Of a stretch of DNA of 64,000 bases, positions 55,413-64,000 are shown piece after piece. The number at the start of each line of letters is the position of its first letter. Positions within the stretch are counted from its first letter, which is position 1. Below the pieces are notes generated by a model. That model made no database searches and was not told the DNA's origin. It was given only the letters and a program-made list of their open reading frames with translations. The position numbers were made by a program, and so were the translations under genes. This stretch comes from Paludibacteraceae bacterium (GTDB taxonomy: Bacteria; Bacteroidota; Bacteroidia; Bacteroidales; Paludibacteraceae), in assembly GCA_905235505.1 (NCBI GenBank), contig CAJOMJ010000003.1:104-64103 (forward strand), read 5' to 3'.

Positions 55413-55787
55413 TTACTTGAGTTCAACCTCAGCGCCAGCTTCCTCAAGAGCTTTCTTGAGAGCCTCAGCAGCGGCCTTGTCAAGACCTTCCTTAATAGTA
55501 GAAGGAGCAGCGTCAACCAAATCTTTAGCCTCTTTCAGACCAAGACCGGTTTGCTCTTTCACAGTCTTAACGACCTGAAGCTTAGCAGCACCGGCAGATT
55601 TGAGGACTACATCAAACGATGTCTTCTCTTCCTCTGCGGGAGCAGCAACGGCTGCAGGACCAGCAACAGCTACAGCTGCAGCTGCGGGTTCAATACCATA
55701 CTCGTCTTTCAGAATTTGAGCGAGTTCGTTAACTTCTTTAACCGTAAGGTTTACCAATTGTTCAGCAAAAGCTTTAAGATCTGCCAT
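55413..55787 (-). CDS. rplL: 50S ribosomal protein L7/L12
   Basis: 124 aa with Ala-rich hinge and C-terminal LKEAKDLV...[12 protein letters not shown]. Confidence 0.97.
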   Translation of the reverse strand: MADLKAFAEQLVNLTVKEVNELAQILKDEYGIEPAAAAVAVAGPAAVAAPAEEEKTSFDVVLKSAGAAKLQVVKTVKEQTGLGLKEAKDLVDAAPSTIKEGLDKAAAEALKKALEEAGAEVELK

Positions 55788-55860
55788 TGTTGTATTATTT
55801 TTTAGAATGATTATTATTGTTAGTTATGATGCTAAGCGGCATCCCGCGCATAAAATAGAG

Positions 55861-56394
55861 TTATGCCTCTCTCTTGCCAAGTGTTTCGAGAACACCGTGA
55901 ATTGTGTTTCCACCCGACTGAAGGGCAGACACAACGTTCTTTGCGGGGCTCTGGAGCAAAGCAACCAAATCCGCAATAAGCTCGTTTTTCGACTTGATAG
56001 TAGCCAAGAAATCCAACTGCTCACGACCTACATATACGGTCTCTTCTACATAAGCAGCCTTCAGAATTGGTTTCGCATCTTTATTTTTCTTATCCTTTTC
56101 GATAAACTCTTTGATAAGCTTAGCAGGGGCATTGCCTGTATTGCAAAGCATCAAAGCAGTATTACCTTTAAGGCAGTCGGTCAGTTGAGCATCTTTGTCC
56201 AAATCTTTCAAAGCCTTTGCAAGCAAAGTATTCTTCACAACCATCAGTTTGATGTCCTTATTGAAGCAAGCACGACGCAGGTCGCTTGTTTTCTGGGCAT
56301 CAAGACCCTCGATGTTTGTCAGATAGAAATGTTGGTATTGACCCAACTCTGCTTTGATTTGCTCTATGATAGCACTTTTATCTTCCTTTTTCAT
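55861..56394 (-). CDS. rplJ: 50S ribosomal protein L10
   Basis: 177 aa, positioned between rplA and rplL, with L10-like sequence. Confidence 0.9.
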   Translation of the reverse strand: MKKEDKSAIIEQIKAELGQYQHFYLTNIEGLDAQKTSDLRRACFNKDIKLMVVKNTLLAKALKDLDKDAQLTDCLKGNTALMLCNTGNAPAKLIKEFIEKDKKNKDAKPILKAAYVEETVYVGREQLDFLATIKSKNELIADLVALLQSPAKNVVSALQSGGNTIHGVLETLGKREA

Positions 56395-56410
56395 AATTCC
56401 ATTTATTTAA

Positions 56411-57103
56411 TTATTCAACAGATTTGGGGTCAATTTTCAGGCCCTTGCTCATAGTGCTGGAAAGATAAATGCTCTTGATATAAGTTCCTTTCGACACAGC
56501 TGGTTTGAGTTTTATAAGAGTCTGGATAAACTCTTTAGCATTCTCGGCTATTTTCTCGGGTGCGAATGAAACCTTACCTATAGAAGTGTGTACGATACCG
56601 AACTTGTCAACCTTGAAGTCGATTTTACCCTGTTTAACTTCCTTCACTGCTTTAGCAACATCAGGAGTAACAGTACCGCTTTTGGGGTTAGGCATCAAGC
56701 CGCGGGGACCAAGGATACGACCGAGAGCACCAATCTTACCCATGATTTGGGGCATAGTGATGATGACGTCAACATCAGTCCAACCGCCTTTAATTTTTTC
56801 GATATACTCATCCAAACCAACATAATCGGCACCTGCCTCTTTGGCAGCTGCTTCCTGGTCAGGAGTGCACAATGCAAGAACACGAACTTGTTTACCTGTT
56901 CCATTAGGCAGACTTACCACGCCACGAACCATCTGGTTAGCTTTACGCGGGTCAACACCCAAACGAACATCAATATCAACAGAAGCATCAAACTTCGTAG
57001 TGGTAATCTCTTTCAAGAGAGCTGCAGCCTCGTCAAGCGTATAGATCTTACCTGCTTCTATCTTTTCTGCAGCCAACTTTTGATTTTTTGTCAGTTTACT
57101 CAT
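56411..57103 (-). CDS. rplA: 50S ribosomal protein L1
   Basis: 230 aa with the L1 signature [10 protein letters not shown]. Confidence 0.95.
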   Translation of the reverse strand: MSKLTKNQKLAAEKIEAGKIYTLDEAAALLKEITTTKFDASVDIDVRLGVDPRKANQMVRGVVSLPNGTGKQVRVLALCTPDQEAAAKEAGADYVGLDEYIEKIKGGWTDVDVIITMPQIMGKIGALGRILGPRGLMPNPKSGTVTPDVAKAVKEVKQGKIDFKVDKFGIVHTSIGKVSFAPEKIAENAKEFIQTLIKLKPAVSKGTYIKSIYLSSTMSKGLKIDPKSVE

Positions 57104-57121
57104 AATTCAATAGAAGTTTAA

Positions 57122-57550
57122 TTAGTTTTTAACCACGGTAATACCCATACTGCGAGCTGTACCTGCTACCATACGCATAGCAGATTCCACCTCAAAGCAG
57201 TTCAAGTCAGCCATCTTGTCAGTTGCGATTTGACGGCACTGTTCCTCTGTAATCTGAGCCACTTTCTTACGGTTAGGTTCAGCCGAACCGCTTTTGATTT
57301 TGGCAGCCTCAAGAAGTTGAATTGCAACAGGAGGTGTTTTAACTACAAAGTCGAACGACTTGTCTGTGTAATAGGTAATGACAACGGGCAATACTTTGCC
57401 TGCCTTGTCCTGGGTTCTGGCATTGAACTGTTTGCAAAACTCCATAATATTGATACCCTTAGAACCAAGAGCAGGTCCTACTGGTGGTGACGGATTTGCT
57501 GCGCCACCTTTAATCTGCAATTTAATAAAGCCAGCAATTTCTTTAGCCAT
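57122..57550 (-). CDS. rplK: 50S ribosomal protein L11
   Basis: 142 aa with [15 protein letters not shown] and KTPPV motifs. Confidence 0.95.
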   Translation of the reverse strand: MAKEIAGFIKLQIKGGAANPSPPVGPALGSKGINIMEFCKQFNARTQDKAGKVLPVVITYYTDKSFDFVVKTPPVAIQLLEAAKIKSGSAEPNRKKVAQITEEQCRQIATDKMADLNCFEVESAMRMVAGTARSMGITVVKN

Positions 57551-57625
57551 AATTCAAATAATTTGTTTTGTTGTTAATAGTTGTTAGTAACTATCGAGTA
57601 GTATAACGACCCGTAACACAGTCTC

Positions 57626-58165
57626 CTACTCCTTATCTACTTGATTGAATCCAAGCTCAAGAGGTGTCTTGCGGCCAAATACGGTCACAATAACTTTCAA
57701 CTTGTGCTTGTCAGACATAATCTCTGCAATCTCACCATTGAAACCATTGAAAGGTCCATCTGTCACTTTCACGGTTTCTCCCTCGGTAAAGTTAACCTCA
57801 GAAACGAAAGCTGCCTCTTGTTCATCAATATTACCTATCAGCCGATTGATTTCAGACTGACGCACTGGTCTCGGTGAAGACATAGGACTATCACCAAGGA
57901 ATCCCAGAACATTAGGTACATTTCTTAATCGAGGATAGCACTCATCAACGAGATTAGCCTCTACCAAGACGTATCCGGGGAGTTTGTTGCGCTCTTTGGT
58001 AACACGTTTACCGCCTCTGGTCTGCTGGATCTTTTCAGTAGGAATCAGCACCTGAGAAACGAATTCATCCCAGCCTGCAGTTCGCATTGCAGTCTCGATG
58101 TATTCTTTCACCTTGGCTTCCTTACCGCTAATCGCTTTAAGGGCATACCATTTGAAATCAGCCAT
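57626..58165 (-). CDS. nusG: Transcription termination/antitermination factor NusG
   Basis: 179 aa. NGN domain WYALKAISGKE and KOW motif GETVKVTDGPFNGFNGEI. Confidence 0.95.
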   Translation of the reverse strand: MADFKWYALKAISGKEAKVKEYIETAMRTAGWDEFVSQVLIPTEKIQQTRGGKRVTKERNKLPGYVLVEANLVDECYPRLRNVPNVLGFLGDSPMSSPRPVRQSEINRLIGNIDEQEAAFVSEVNFTEGETVKVTDGPFNGFNGEIAEIMSDKHKLKVIVTVFGRKTPLELGFNQVDKE

Positions 58166-58177
58166 TGTTTCCTTAGA

Positions 58178-58366
58178 TTAGAAAAGACCATAAATAAACG
58201 TCATGAGATGTTCAAAACAGAAGTCCATAAACCAAACCACCAGTGCAAGAATGAGGGAAGCAACCATTACAAGCACTGCGCTATTAGCCAGTTCCTTACG
58301 GCTCGGCCAAGTAACTTTGTAAACCAACTCCTGGTAAGACGCCTTGATATTATCTATCAATTTCAT
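58178..58366 (-). CDS. secE: Preprotein translocase subunit SecE
   Basis: 62 aa with a single TM helix and KVTWPSRKEL motif, located upstream of nusG. Confidence 0.85.
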   Translation of the reverse strand: MKLIDNIKASYQELVYKVTWPSRKELANSAVLVMVASLILALVVWFMDFCFEHLMTFIYGLF

Positions 58367-58556
58367 ATCAAATAGATTTTATATTACTGTTTCAGATATA
58401 TTATTCTTATCAATGTTTATTCCGCCAAACAATTGGCCTCGGTATCGCTAACTTATAGGTTGCTATACCAAAGTCAATCGGAAGCTATTTCTGTAACATG
58501 GGGGAATCTTCTTGCAGAGCCGGTTACTTCCGATTCTGATTTTCCAATTCCCTTAG

Positions 58557-58627
58557 CACGGAAGGCAGGAATCGAACCCACATTAACGGTTTTGGAGACC
58601 GCTCTCCTACCATTGGAGGACTTCCGT
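58557..58627 (-). tRNA. tRNA-Trp (anticodon CCA)
   Basis: Hand-folded: acceptor ACGGAAG/CTTCCGT, D arm CTCC-AATGGTA-GGAG, anticodon arm GCGGT-CTCCAAA-ACCGT, T loop TTCGATT. The ends are accurate to about 2 nt. Confidence 0.8.
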
Positions 58628-58655
58628 AAAAGTGTGAGTTGCGCGCAACTCACAC
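58628..58655 (-). terminator. Perfect 24-bp palindrome plus U-tract after tuf, abutting the tRNA-Trp 5' end
   Basis: gtgtgagttgcgcgcaactcacac followed on the minus strand by TTTT, then immediately the tRNA. Confidence 0.7.
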
Positions 58656-58667
58656 ATAACTGACTTA

Positions 58668-59855
58668 TTAGTCAATCAGTTTGGTAATCTGACCCGAACC
58701 TACGGTACGGCCACCTTCACGGATAGCGAAGCGGAGACCTTCGGAGCAAGCAACGGGGTAGATGAGCTTAACCTGAATCTCAAGGTTATCACCCGGCATT
58801 ACCATCTCAGTTCCTTCGGGAAGAGTAATCTCACCGGTAACGTCCATAGTACGGATATAGAACTGAGGACGATAGTGGTCTTTGAACGGAGTGTGACGGC
58901 CACCTTCTTCTTTCTTCAGGATATAAACAGAAGCCTTGAACTCGCTGTAGGGTTTAACAACACCCGGGTGGGTGATAACCATACCACGCTTTACTTCGTC
59001 TTTGTCAATACCACGGAGAAGCAGACCTACGTTGTCACCGGCCTCACCTTGATCAAGGAGTTTGCGGAACATCTCAACACCGGTAACGACTGACTTCTTG
59101 CCTTCTGCACCAAGACCGATGATTTGTACTTCATCACCAACCTTTACGACACCTGTTTCAATACGACCGGTAGCAACTGTACCACGACCGGTAATTGAGA
59201 ACACGTCTTCAACGGGCATAAGGAAAGGTTTGTCAATTGCACGCGGAGGAAGTTGAATCCATGTGTCAACTGCATCCATAAGCTCCATAACTTTTTCCTC
59301 CCACTCAGGAACACCATTGAGTGCGCCGAGAGCAGAACCGCGGATAACAGGAGTATTGTCACCATCGAACTCATAGAACGAGAGGAGTTCACGCATTTCC
59401 ATTTCAACAAGGTCGAGCATTTCAGGATCGTCAACCATGTCGCACTTGTTCATAAATACAACCAAGCGGGGAACGTTCACCTGACGAGCGAGCAGAATGT
59501 GCTCACGAGTCTGAGGCATAGGACCATCAGTTGCAGCAACTACGATGATAGCGCCATCCATCTGAGCGGCACCTGTTACCATGTTCTTTACATAGTCAGC
59601 GTGACCCGGGCAGTCAACGTGTGCATAGTGACGGTTAGCTGTTTGATACTCTACGTGAGCGGTGTTGATGGTGATACCACGCTCTTTCTCCTCAGGAGCG
59701 TTGTCGATAGAATCGAAAGAACGAACCTCGGAGAGACCTTTCTTTGCCAATACCAACGTAATAGCAGCGGTAAGGGTAGTTTTACCGTGGTCAACGTGAC
59801 CAATGGTACCGATGTTTACGTGCGGTTTCGAGCGGTCAAATTTTTCTTTTGCCAT
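58668..59855 (-). CDS. tuf: Elongation factor Tu
   Basis: 395 aa with [18 protein letters not shown] and NKCD motifs. Confidence 0.98.
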   Translation of the reverse strand: MAKEKFDRSKPHVNIGTIGHVDHGKTTLTAAITLVLAKKGLSEVRSFDSIDNAPEEKERGITINTAHVEYQTANRHYAHVDCPGHADYVKNMVTGAAQMDGAIIVVAATDGPMPQTREHILLARQVNVPRLVVFMNKCDMVDDPEMLDLVEMEMRELLSFYEFDGDNTPVIRGSALGALNGVPEWEEKVMELMDAVDTWIQLPPRAIDKPFLMPVEDVFSITGRGTVATGRIETGVVKVGDEVQIIGLGAEGKKSVVTGVEMFRKLLDQGEAGDNVGLLLRGIDKDEVKRGMVITHPGVVKPYSEFKASVYILKKEEGGRHTPFKDHYRPQFYIRTMDVTGEITLPEGTEMVMPGDNLEIQVKLIYPVACSEGLRFAIREGGRTVGSGQITKLID

Positions 59856-59926
59856 AGCTTTTCTAAATTAATTTAGTTATTGTTAAATTTAACTTGTATC
59901 GTTAATTATTGTTTCACAATGAAAAG

Positions 59927-59998
<72 letters not shown>

Positions 59999-60042
59999 AT
60001 TCCGTCGTTTATGAAAGAGTCAACGCCTCTTGTTCTGACATG

Positions 60043-60115
60043 AGCGGAAAACGGGACTCAAACCCGCGACCCCCAGCTTGGAAGGCTAGTGCTCTATCGA
60101 CTGAGCTATTTCCGC
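60043..60115 (-). tRNA. tRNA-Gly (anticodon TCC)
   Basis: GCGGAAATAGCTCAGTCGATAGAGCACTAGCCTTCCAAGCTGGGGGTCGCGGGTTTGAGTCCCGTTTTCCGCT, with anticodon loop CTTCCAA. Confidence 0.9.
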
Positions 60116-60190
60116 AGACACACTATGGTCTTGAATTCTCCACAGGTTAGAAACAACTTAAGTCTTCAAAACCCACAATGTCTTTGGTTG

Positions 60191-60273
60191 TGGGCGCGGA
60201 TGGATTCGAACCACCGAAGCGATTACGCAGCAGATTTACAGTCTGCCCCATTTGGCCACTCTGGAACACGCCC
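60191..60273 (-). tRNA. tRNA-Tyr (anticodon GTA), long variable arm
   Basis: GGGCGTGTTCCAGAGTGGCCAAATGGGGCAGACTGTAAATCTGC... ending in TTCGAATCC...CGCGCCCA, with anticodon loop CTGTAAA. Confidence 0.9.
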
Positions 60274-60298
60274 TTCACACTAATTCAAATATCTTTTG

Positions 60299-60372
60299 AG
60301 CCTCTTGTCGGATTCGAACCAACGACCCCGAGATTACAAATCACGTGCTCTGGCCAACTGAGCTAAAGAGGC
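60299..60372 (-). tRNA. tRNA-Thr (anticodon TGT)
   Basis: GCCTCTTTAGCTCAGTTGGCCAGAGCACGTGATTTGTAATCTCGGGGTCGTTGGTTCGAATCCGACAAGAGGCT, with anticodon loop TTTGTAA. Confidence 0.9.
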
Positions 60373-60424
60373 GTTGCGCTTGGCAAAATTTGCCGCACTT
60401 TTGGGCTTTGCCGAAAAAGCGGTG

Positions 60425-60432
60425 CAAAAGTA
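60425..60432 (-). promoter_or_regulatory. -7 box (TActTTTG on the minus strand) for the tRNA(Thr-Tyr-Gly-Thr)-tuf transcription unit
   Basis: The plus strand reads caaaagta, 53 nt upstream of the first tRNA. A TTTG sits 19 nt further upstream (candidate -33 element). Confidence 0.55.
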
Positions 60433-60485
60433 CAGCAAATTTTTGACATGACAAAATATTTCTGCGAAAAAAATAGTTTTTTCTG

Positions 60486-60776
60486 TTACTTTTTTTCTTT
60501 TACTTTCTCCAACTGGGTGTTTATAGCGTCCAGACATTTGTCAATTCCTTGTTCGAAAGTGTCGTACACACCTGAAGCGAAAAGCTCGGCACCCATGCCC
60601 ATGATGCGGATTTTAGTCTCTTTGTTCATTGCCGTTTCAGGTTTTACCACATTCATACGGATTTCCATCTCGGCATTTTCATACAGGATCTTTCCGTATT
60701 TTTTGGTCTTCTTGTCTATGTACTTTTCAAGTTTCTCTGCCATGTCGAAGTTCACGGCTTTTACGGTTAGTTTCAT
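60486..60776 (-). CDS. hpf: Ribosome hibernation promoting factor / RaiA (short form)
   Basis: 96 aa. MKLTVKAVNFDMAEKLEKYIDKK matches the sigma-54 modulation protein/S30EA family. Confidence 0.8.
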   Translation of the reverse strand: MKLTVKAVNFDMAEKLEKYIDKKTKKYGKILYENAEMEIRMNVVKPETAMNKETKIRIMGMGAELFASGVYDTFEQGIDKCLDAINTQLEKVKEKK

Positions 60777-60815
60777 ATTTACCTCCTTTTTATAGATTAA
60801 TATTATGATATCAGA

Positions 60816-61748
60816 TTATTTCTTTGCTCTGGGATGAGCTTTCTTATACTCTTTTCTTATTTGCTCAAAAGTAGTATGAGTATATATTTGTGTCGCAGCG
60901 AGGTTAGCATGCCCCATTATGGTTTTTATGGTATTGATGTCGGCTCCATGGTCGAGCATAGTAGTGGCAAAAGTATGCCGAAGCACATGGGGCGATTGCT
61001 TTTTGAGGGTGGATACCTCACTCATTCTGGTGTGCACTATATTATATAAGGTGGTTTTGGACAGAGGTTTGCCCTTGTCGCTAAGCAACAGCTCGCCGTT
61101 GTTTTCTTGCCGGGGAAGGGCATTTCTATATTCTATATATCGCTCTACCTGTTGCAGTAGTTTGTCCGATACAGGTATATATCTCTCTTTGTCTCTCTTC
61201 CCGAGCACTTTCAACTGCTTCAGCATATAATCCACATCATTGCATTTAAGTGCTAACAATTCCGCCCTACGCATACCGGTCTGATAGAGGAGTTCTATAA
61301 TTAGCGAGTCTCTAACGGAGACAAAGTCGTCATCTGTGCTCTCCAAGGCTGTAGCTCTCTCCATCTCTTCTTCCTTATAGAATACGGGTAACTGATGTTC
61401 TATCTTGGGAGAGATGATTCTGGCAGTTATGTCAATATCGGTGTAACCTACTCTCAACAGATATTTCCAGAAAGAACGGAAAGAGGACAAATAGCGGTTA
61501 ACACTTCGCGCAGACTTGCCTTGGTCAAGTTCATGGATAAGAAAAGCCTTTATATCGTCTTCGGTAGTATTCTTGGGGTCGAACTCACAGGGTTCGACAT
61601 TGAGAAAACTGCACAATGCATATAAGTCATTCTCGTATGCCTGCGCCGTAAGAGGGGAATAGCGTTTCTCAACCTTTATATATTCTATGAACTTGTCTAT
61701 CACGCTTGCAATCCTTATTCCTGTATATACTCTTATTATACTCTCCAA
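60816..61748 (-). CDS. Tyrosine recombinase (XerC/XerD-like)
   Basis: 310 aa. N-terminal SAM-like FIEYIKVEKRYSPLTAQAYENDL. Catalytic region HVLRHTFATTML...GHANLAATQIYTH. Confidence 0.8.
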   Translation of the reverse strand: MESIIRVYTGIRIASVIDKFIEYIKVEKRYSPLTAQAYENDLYALCSFLNVEPCEFDPKNTTEDDIKAFLIHELDQGKSARSVNRYLSSFRSFWKYLLRVGYTDIDITARIISPKIEHQLPVFYKEEEMERATALESTDDDFVSVRDSLIIELLYQTGMRRAELLALKCNDVDYMLKQLKVLGKRDKERYIPVSDKLLQQVERYIEYRNALPRQENNGELLLSDKGKPLSKTTLYNIVHTRMSEVSTLKKQSPHVLRHTFATTMLDHGADINTIKTIMGHANLAATQIYTHTTFEQIRKEYKKAHPRAKK

Positions 61749-61757
61749 GACTTGCTC

Positions 61758-62405
61758 TCAGACCTCCCTGCCTACACCTGTTTCAGCCTCAAAGGGGAAG
61801 AGACCGAAGAGTTCTGCGTCAATGCGGTCGGTGATAGTCCGGAAATCTTCGGGGTTATTGGCAAACTTGCAGGTATCTCCGTCAACGATCAGCAGTCTGC
61901 CTTTGTACTCGGATATCCATTTCTCGTACTTGTCGTTGAGACCCTGCAGATAGTCAATACGCATTGATGCCTCATATTCTCTTCCGCGTTTCTGTATCTG
62001 CGCCACAAGATTCGGAATACTTGACCTTATATATATAAGCAGGTCAGGCATCTTCACGAGCGACATCATAAGGTCAAACAAGTCGCAATAGTTCTTGAAA
62101 TCACGCTCCGACATATTGCCCTGCTCATACAAGTTCGGAGCAAAGATGCGAGCGTCCTCATATATCGTGCGGTCTTGGATGATAGTCTCGTCAGACTTGT
62201 TTATATCGACCACATCCTGAAAACGCTTGTTCAGGAAATATATCTGCAAGTTGAACGACCAACGCGACATGTCGGCGTAGAAGTCTTCGAGATAGGGGTT
62301 ATACTCTACGGACTCGAAACGGGGAGTCCAACCGTAATGTTTGGCAAGCATGTTGGTGAGTGTCGTCTTGCCGCAACCGATGTTTCCTGCTATTGCTATA
62401 TGCAT
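61758..62405 (-). CDS. Deoxynucleoside kinase (paralog 1)
   Basis: 215 aa. P-loop IAIAGNIGCGKTT, DRTIYED and the LID region RGREYE. Confidence 0.8.
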   Translation of the reverse strand: MHIAIAGNIGCGKTTLTNMLAKHYGWTPRFESVEYNPYLEDFYADMSRWSFNLQIYFLNKRFQDVVDINKSDETIIQDRTIYEDARIFAPNLYEQGNMSERDFKNYCDLFDLMMSLVKMPDLLIYIRSSIPNLVAQIQKRGREYEASMRIDYLQGLNDKYEKWISEYKGRLLIVDGDTCKFANNPEDFRTITDRIDAELFGLFPFEAETGVGREV

Positions 62406-62483
62406 AATTTATTGTGTTGAGAATTGGTATATTGATATGTGGTAGATCAGTATTTATCTTATCATATCTTATTAAGCATTCAC

Positions 62484-63101
62484 TTAAGAGAACAAGCCGA
62501 ACAGCTCGGCATCTATATTGTTTATTATCTTAGCGAAGTCCTGAGGGTTATGTTCAAAGTCCATCTCATCGCTCTCTATCACTAATACACGCCCCTTGTA
62601 TTTATTGAATATAAATTCGTCATACCCCTCATTCAATCCTTTCAGATAGTCGAGAGCAATCTGCTGCTCATATTCACGTCCCCGCCTCTGTATCTGTGAC
62701 ACCAGTACAGGCACCGACTTTCTCAGGTAAATCATCAGGTCAGGCATCTGAGTCACACGCATCATGAGTTGGAAGAGTTCCATATATGTCCGGAAATCTC
62801 TGTCTGACAGATTGCCTTGACGATAGTTGTTCTCTGCGAAGATATATACCCCCTCGAAGATACTGCGGTCTTGGATAATAGTGTGGTCTGCGCTCTGTAT
62901 CTCAAGCACATCCTTGAACCGCTGCTTCAGGAAGAACACCTCAAGGCAGAACGCCCAGCGATGCATATCAGAGTAGAAATCTTCAAGATATGGATTCTGT
63001 ATTACAGGCTCAAATTTGGCTTCCCAATGATAGTGCTGCGCCAACATGCGTGTCAGCGTAGTTTTACCTGCCCCTATGTTTCCCGCTATTGCTATGTGCA
63101 T
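62484..63101 (-). CDS. Deoxynucleoside kinase (paralog 2)
   Basis: 205 aa. P-loop IAIAGNIGAGKTT, DRSIFEG and RGREYE. About 55-60% identical to paralog 1 by eye. Confidence 0.8.
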   Translation of the reverse strand: MHIAIAGNIGAGKTTLTRMLAQHYHWEAKFEPVIQNPYLEDFYSDMHRWAFCLEVFFLKQRFKDVLEIQSADHTIIQDRSIFEGVYIFAENNYRQGNLSDRDFRTYMELFQLMMRVTQMPDLMIYLRKSVPVLVSQIQRRGREYEQQIALDYLKGLNEGYDEFIFNKYKGRVLVIESDEMDFEHNPQDFAKIINNIDAELFGLFS

Positions 63102-63148
63102 AAAATGAAGACTTTGCGCAATCTCTAACTCAATGATATTTCACACCG

Positions 63149-63156
63149 CAAAGATA
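63149..63156 (-). promoter_or_regulatory. -7 box (TAtcTTTG on the minus strand) for the deoxynucleoside kinase genes
   Basis: The plus strand reads caaagata, 48 nt upstream of the start at 63101. Confidence 0.5.
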
Positions 63157-63248
63157 AACAAATAATCTTATATATGCAATACAAAAAGTTATTTTCTTTG
63201 TCAGTTGACATTATGACTTTGCGATTTCGTCTCTTACTGAATAGTAGC

Positions 63249-63332
63249 AAATAGCAAAGTGTAAGCAAAAAGGCAGAAAAGGTGACAAAGTGTCAAATGA
63301 GGGAGATGGCTAACACTCGGCTTAGAGTAGGC
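63249..63332 (-). repeat. 84-bp dispersed repeat, copy 2 (inverted relative to 373-456)
   Basis: aaatagcaaagtgtaagcaaaaaggcagaaaaggtgacaaagtgtcaaatgagggagatggctaacactcggcttagagtaggc is approximately the reverse complement of 373-456. Confidence 0.85.
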
Positions 63333-63359
63333 TTAAAGTGGGCTACCCGTGAACTTACA

Positions 63360-63398
63360 GTAAGGTAAAAGCGGCAAAAAGGTTACAAAGTGTCAAAA
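63360..63398 (-). repeat. Partial tandem copy of the core of the 84-bp repeat
   Basis: gtaaggtaaaagcggcaaaaaggttacaaagtgtcaaaa compared with gtaagcaaaaaggcagaaaaggtgacaaagtgtcaaat. Confidence 0.65.
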
Positions 63399-63465
63399 CG
63401 GCATTTCTGGCGGACATTCTGTTTCTGACAACCGGTTACAATAGTTGTCTTGACTACAAAGATAT

Positions 63466-63984
63466 TCATTCTTTGCTGTCTCTCTGCTTTCCCGCCCATT
63501 GGAAAAGCTCTAAAGGCAGATGGCAGTAGCCGTCGGGATGTTTGTCAAGATAGTTCTGGTGGTACTCGTCGGCAGGATAGTAGTTCTTCAGAGGCAACAA
63601 CTCCACCGCAACCGGCTCAGAGTATTTTGCCTGCTGCTCTCGGAATACTTGCTCTATTTCAGGCAGCTGACTCTCTTGGGTATAATACACGCCGGTTCTA
63701 TAGCGTGTGCCCTCATCGTGCCCTTGCCTGTTTAGTGATAGCGGGTCAATGGCGGCAAAGAACATACCTACAAGAAAGCGGAGACTAACCTTGGTTTCAT
63801 CAAAATCAACCCTGACCGTCTCGGCGAACCCGGTTGTATCGGTATAAACCTGCTCGTAAGTCGGGTTTACGATTGCGGTATTACCATTGGCGAAGCCTGT
63901 CTGAGTGTGTACCACTCCGTGTATCTGTTTGAAGAAATGCTCTGTGCCCCAGAAACATCCTCCGGCGAAATATATCGTTTGCAT
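63466..63984 (-). CDS. msrA: Peptide-methionine (S)-S-oxide reductase MsrA
   Basis: 172 aa with active-site GGCFWG and the HDPT-like region. Confidence 0.9.
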   Translation of the reverse strand: MQTIYFAGGCFWGTEHFFKQIHGVVHTQTGFANGNTAIVNPTYEQVYTDTTGFAETVRVDFDETKVSLRFLVGMFFAAIDPLSLNRQGHDEGTRYRTGVYYTQESQLPEIEQVFREQQAKYSEPVAVELLPLKNYYPADEYHQNYLDKHPDGYCHLPLELFQWAGKQRDSKE

Positions 63985-64000
63985 AAAAGATTGTTTGTCA

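Overview
This 64-kb window looks like a core chromosomal segment of a Bacteroidales-type (Bacteroidota) genome. Three things support that: 13 intergenic TAnnTTTG (-7 box) promoter motifs correctly placed upstream of genes, no Shine-Dalgarno sequences, and the gene order xerC-like / hpf / tRNA-Thr-Tyr-Gly-Thr / tuf / tRNA-Trp / secE / nusG / rplKAJL / rpoBC. Finer taxonomy cannot be determined from sequence alone. I call about 52 protein genes and 6 tRNAs. The housekeeping genes include engB, hflX, psuK-psuG, radA, htpG, a SurA/PpiD-like PPIase, dapB, lepB, ilvE, rsmI, bcp, msrA and two deoxynucleoside kinases. There is a pectin/uronate utilisation group (GH105-CE8 fusion, kduI, kduD, DUF4861-like, GH3). 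There is also an accessory-looking operon encoding a membrane-spanning TPR/AraC regulator followed by three secreted adhesin-like proteins. I found no rRNA, CRISPR array, transposase, prophage or recognisable defence system. The most unusual content is non-coding: (1) a family of 23-29 bp GTAG-footed imperfect palindromes (REP-like) that punctuate gene boundaries, clustered at 1-7.1 kb and 32.9-34.1 kb; (2) a ~175-bp MITE-like element with ~35-bp A-rich terminal inverted repeats that splits psuK from psuG, with a partial copy that supplies the only start codon of a lipoprotein gene; (3) helically phased tandem arrays, 8 x 10 bp upstream of psuG and 5 x 11 bp ACGTAAA upstream of htpG; (4) an 84-bp repeat present in inverted orientation near both window ends. 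At protein level, three otherwise unrelated secreted proteins share a short C-terminal tail (KF-x-x-G-x-L-x-I-x6-Y-x3-G). It does not look like a full-length T9SS C-terminal domain and may be a sorting or anchoring signal. All functional calls rest on motif recognition by eye. No database search was run.
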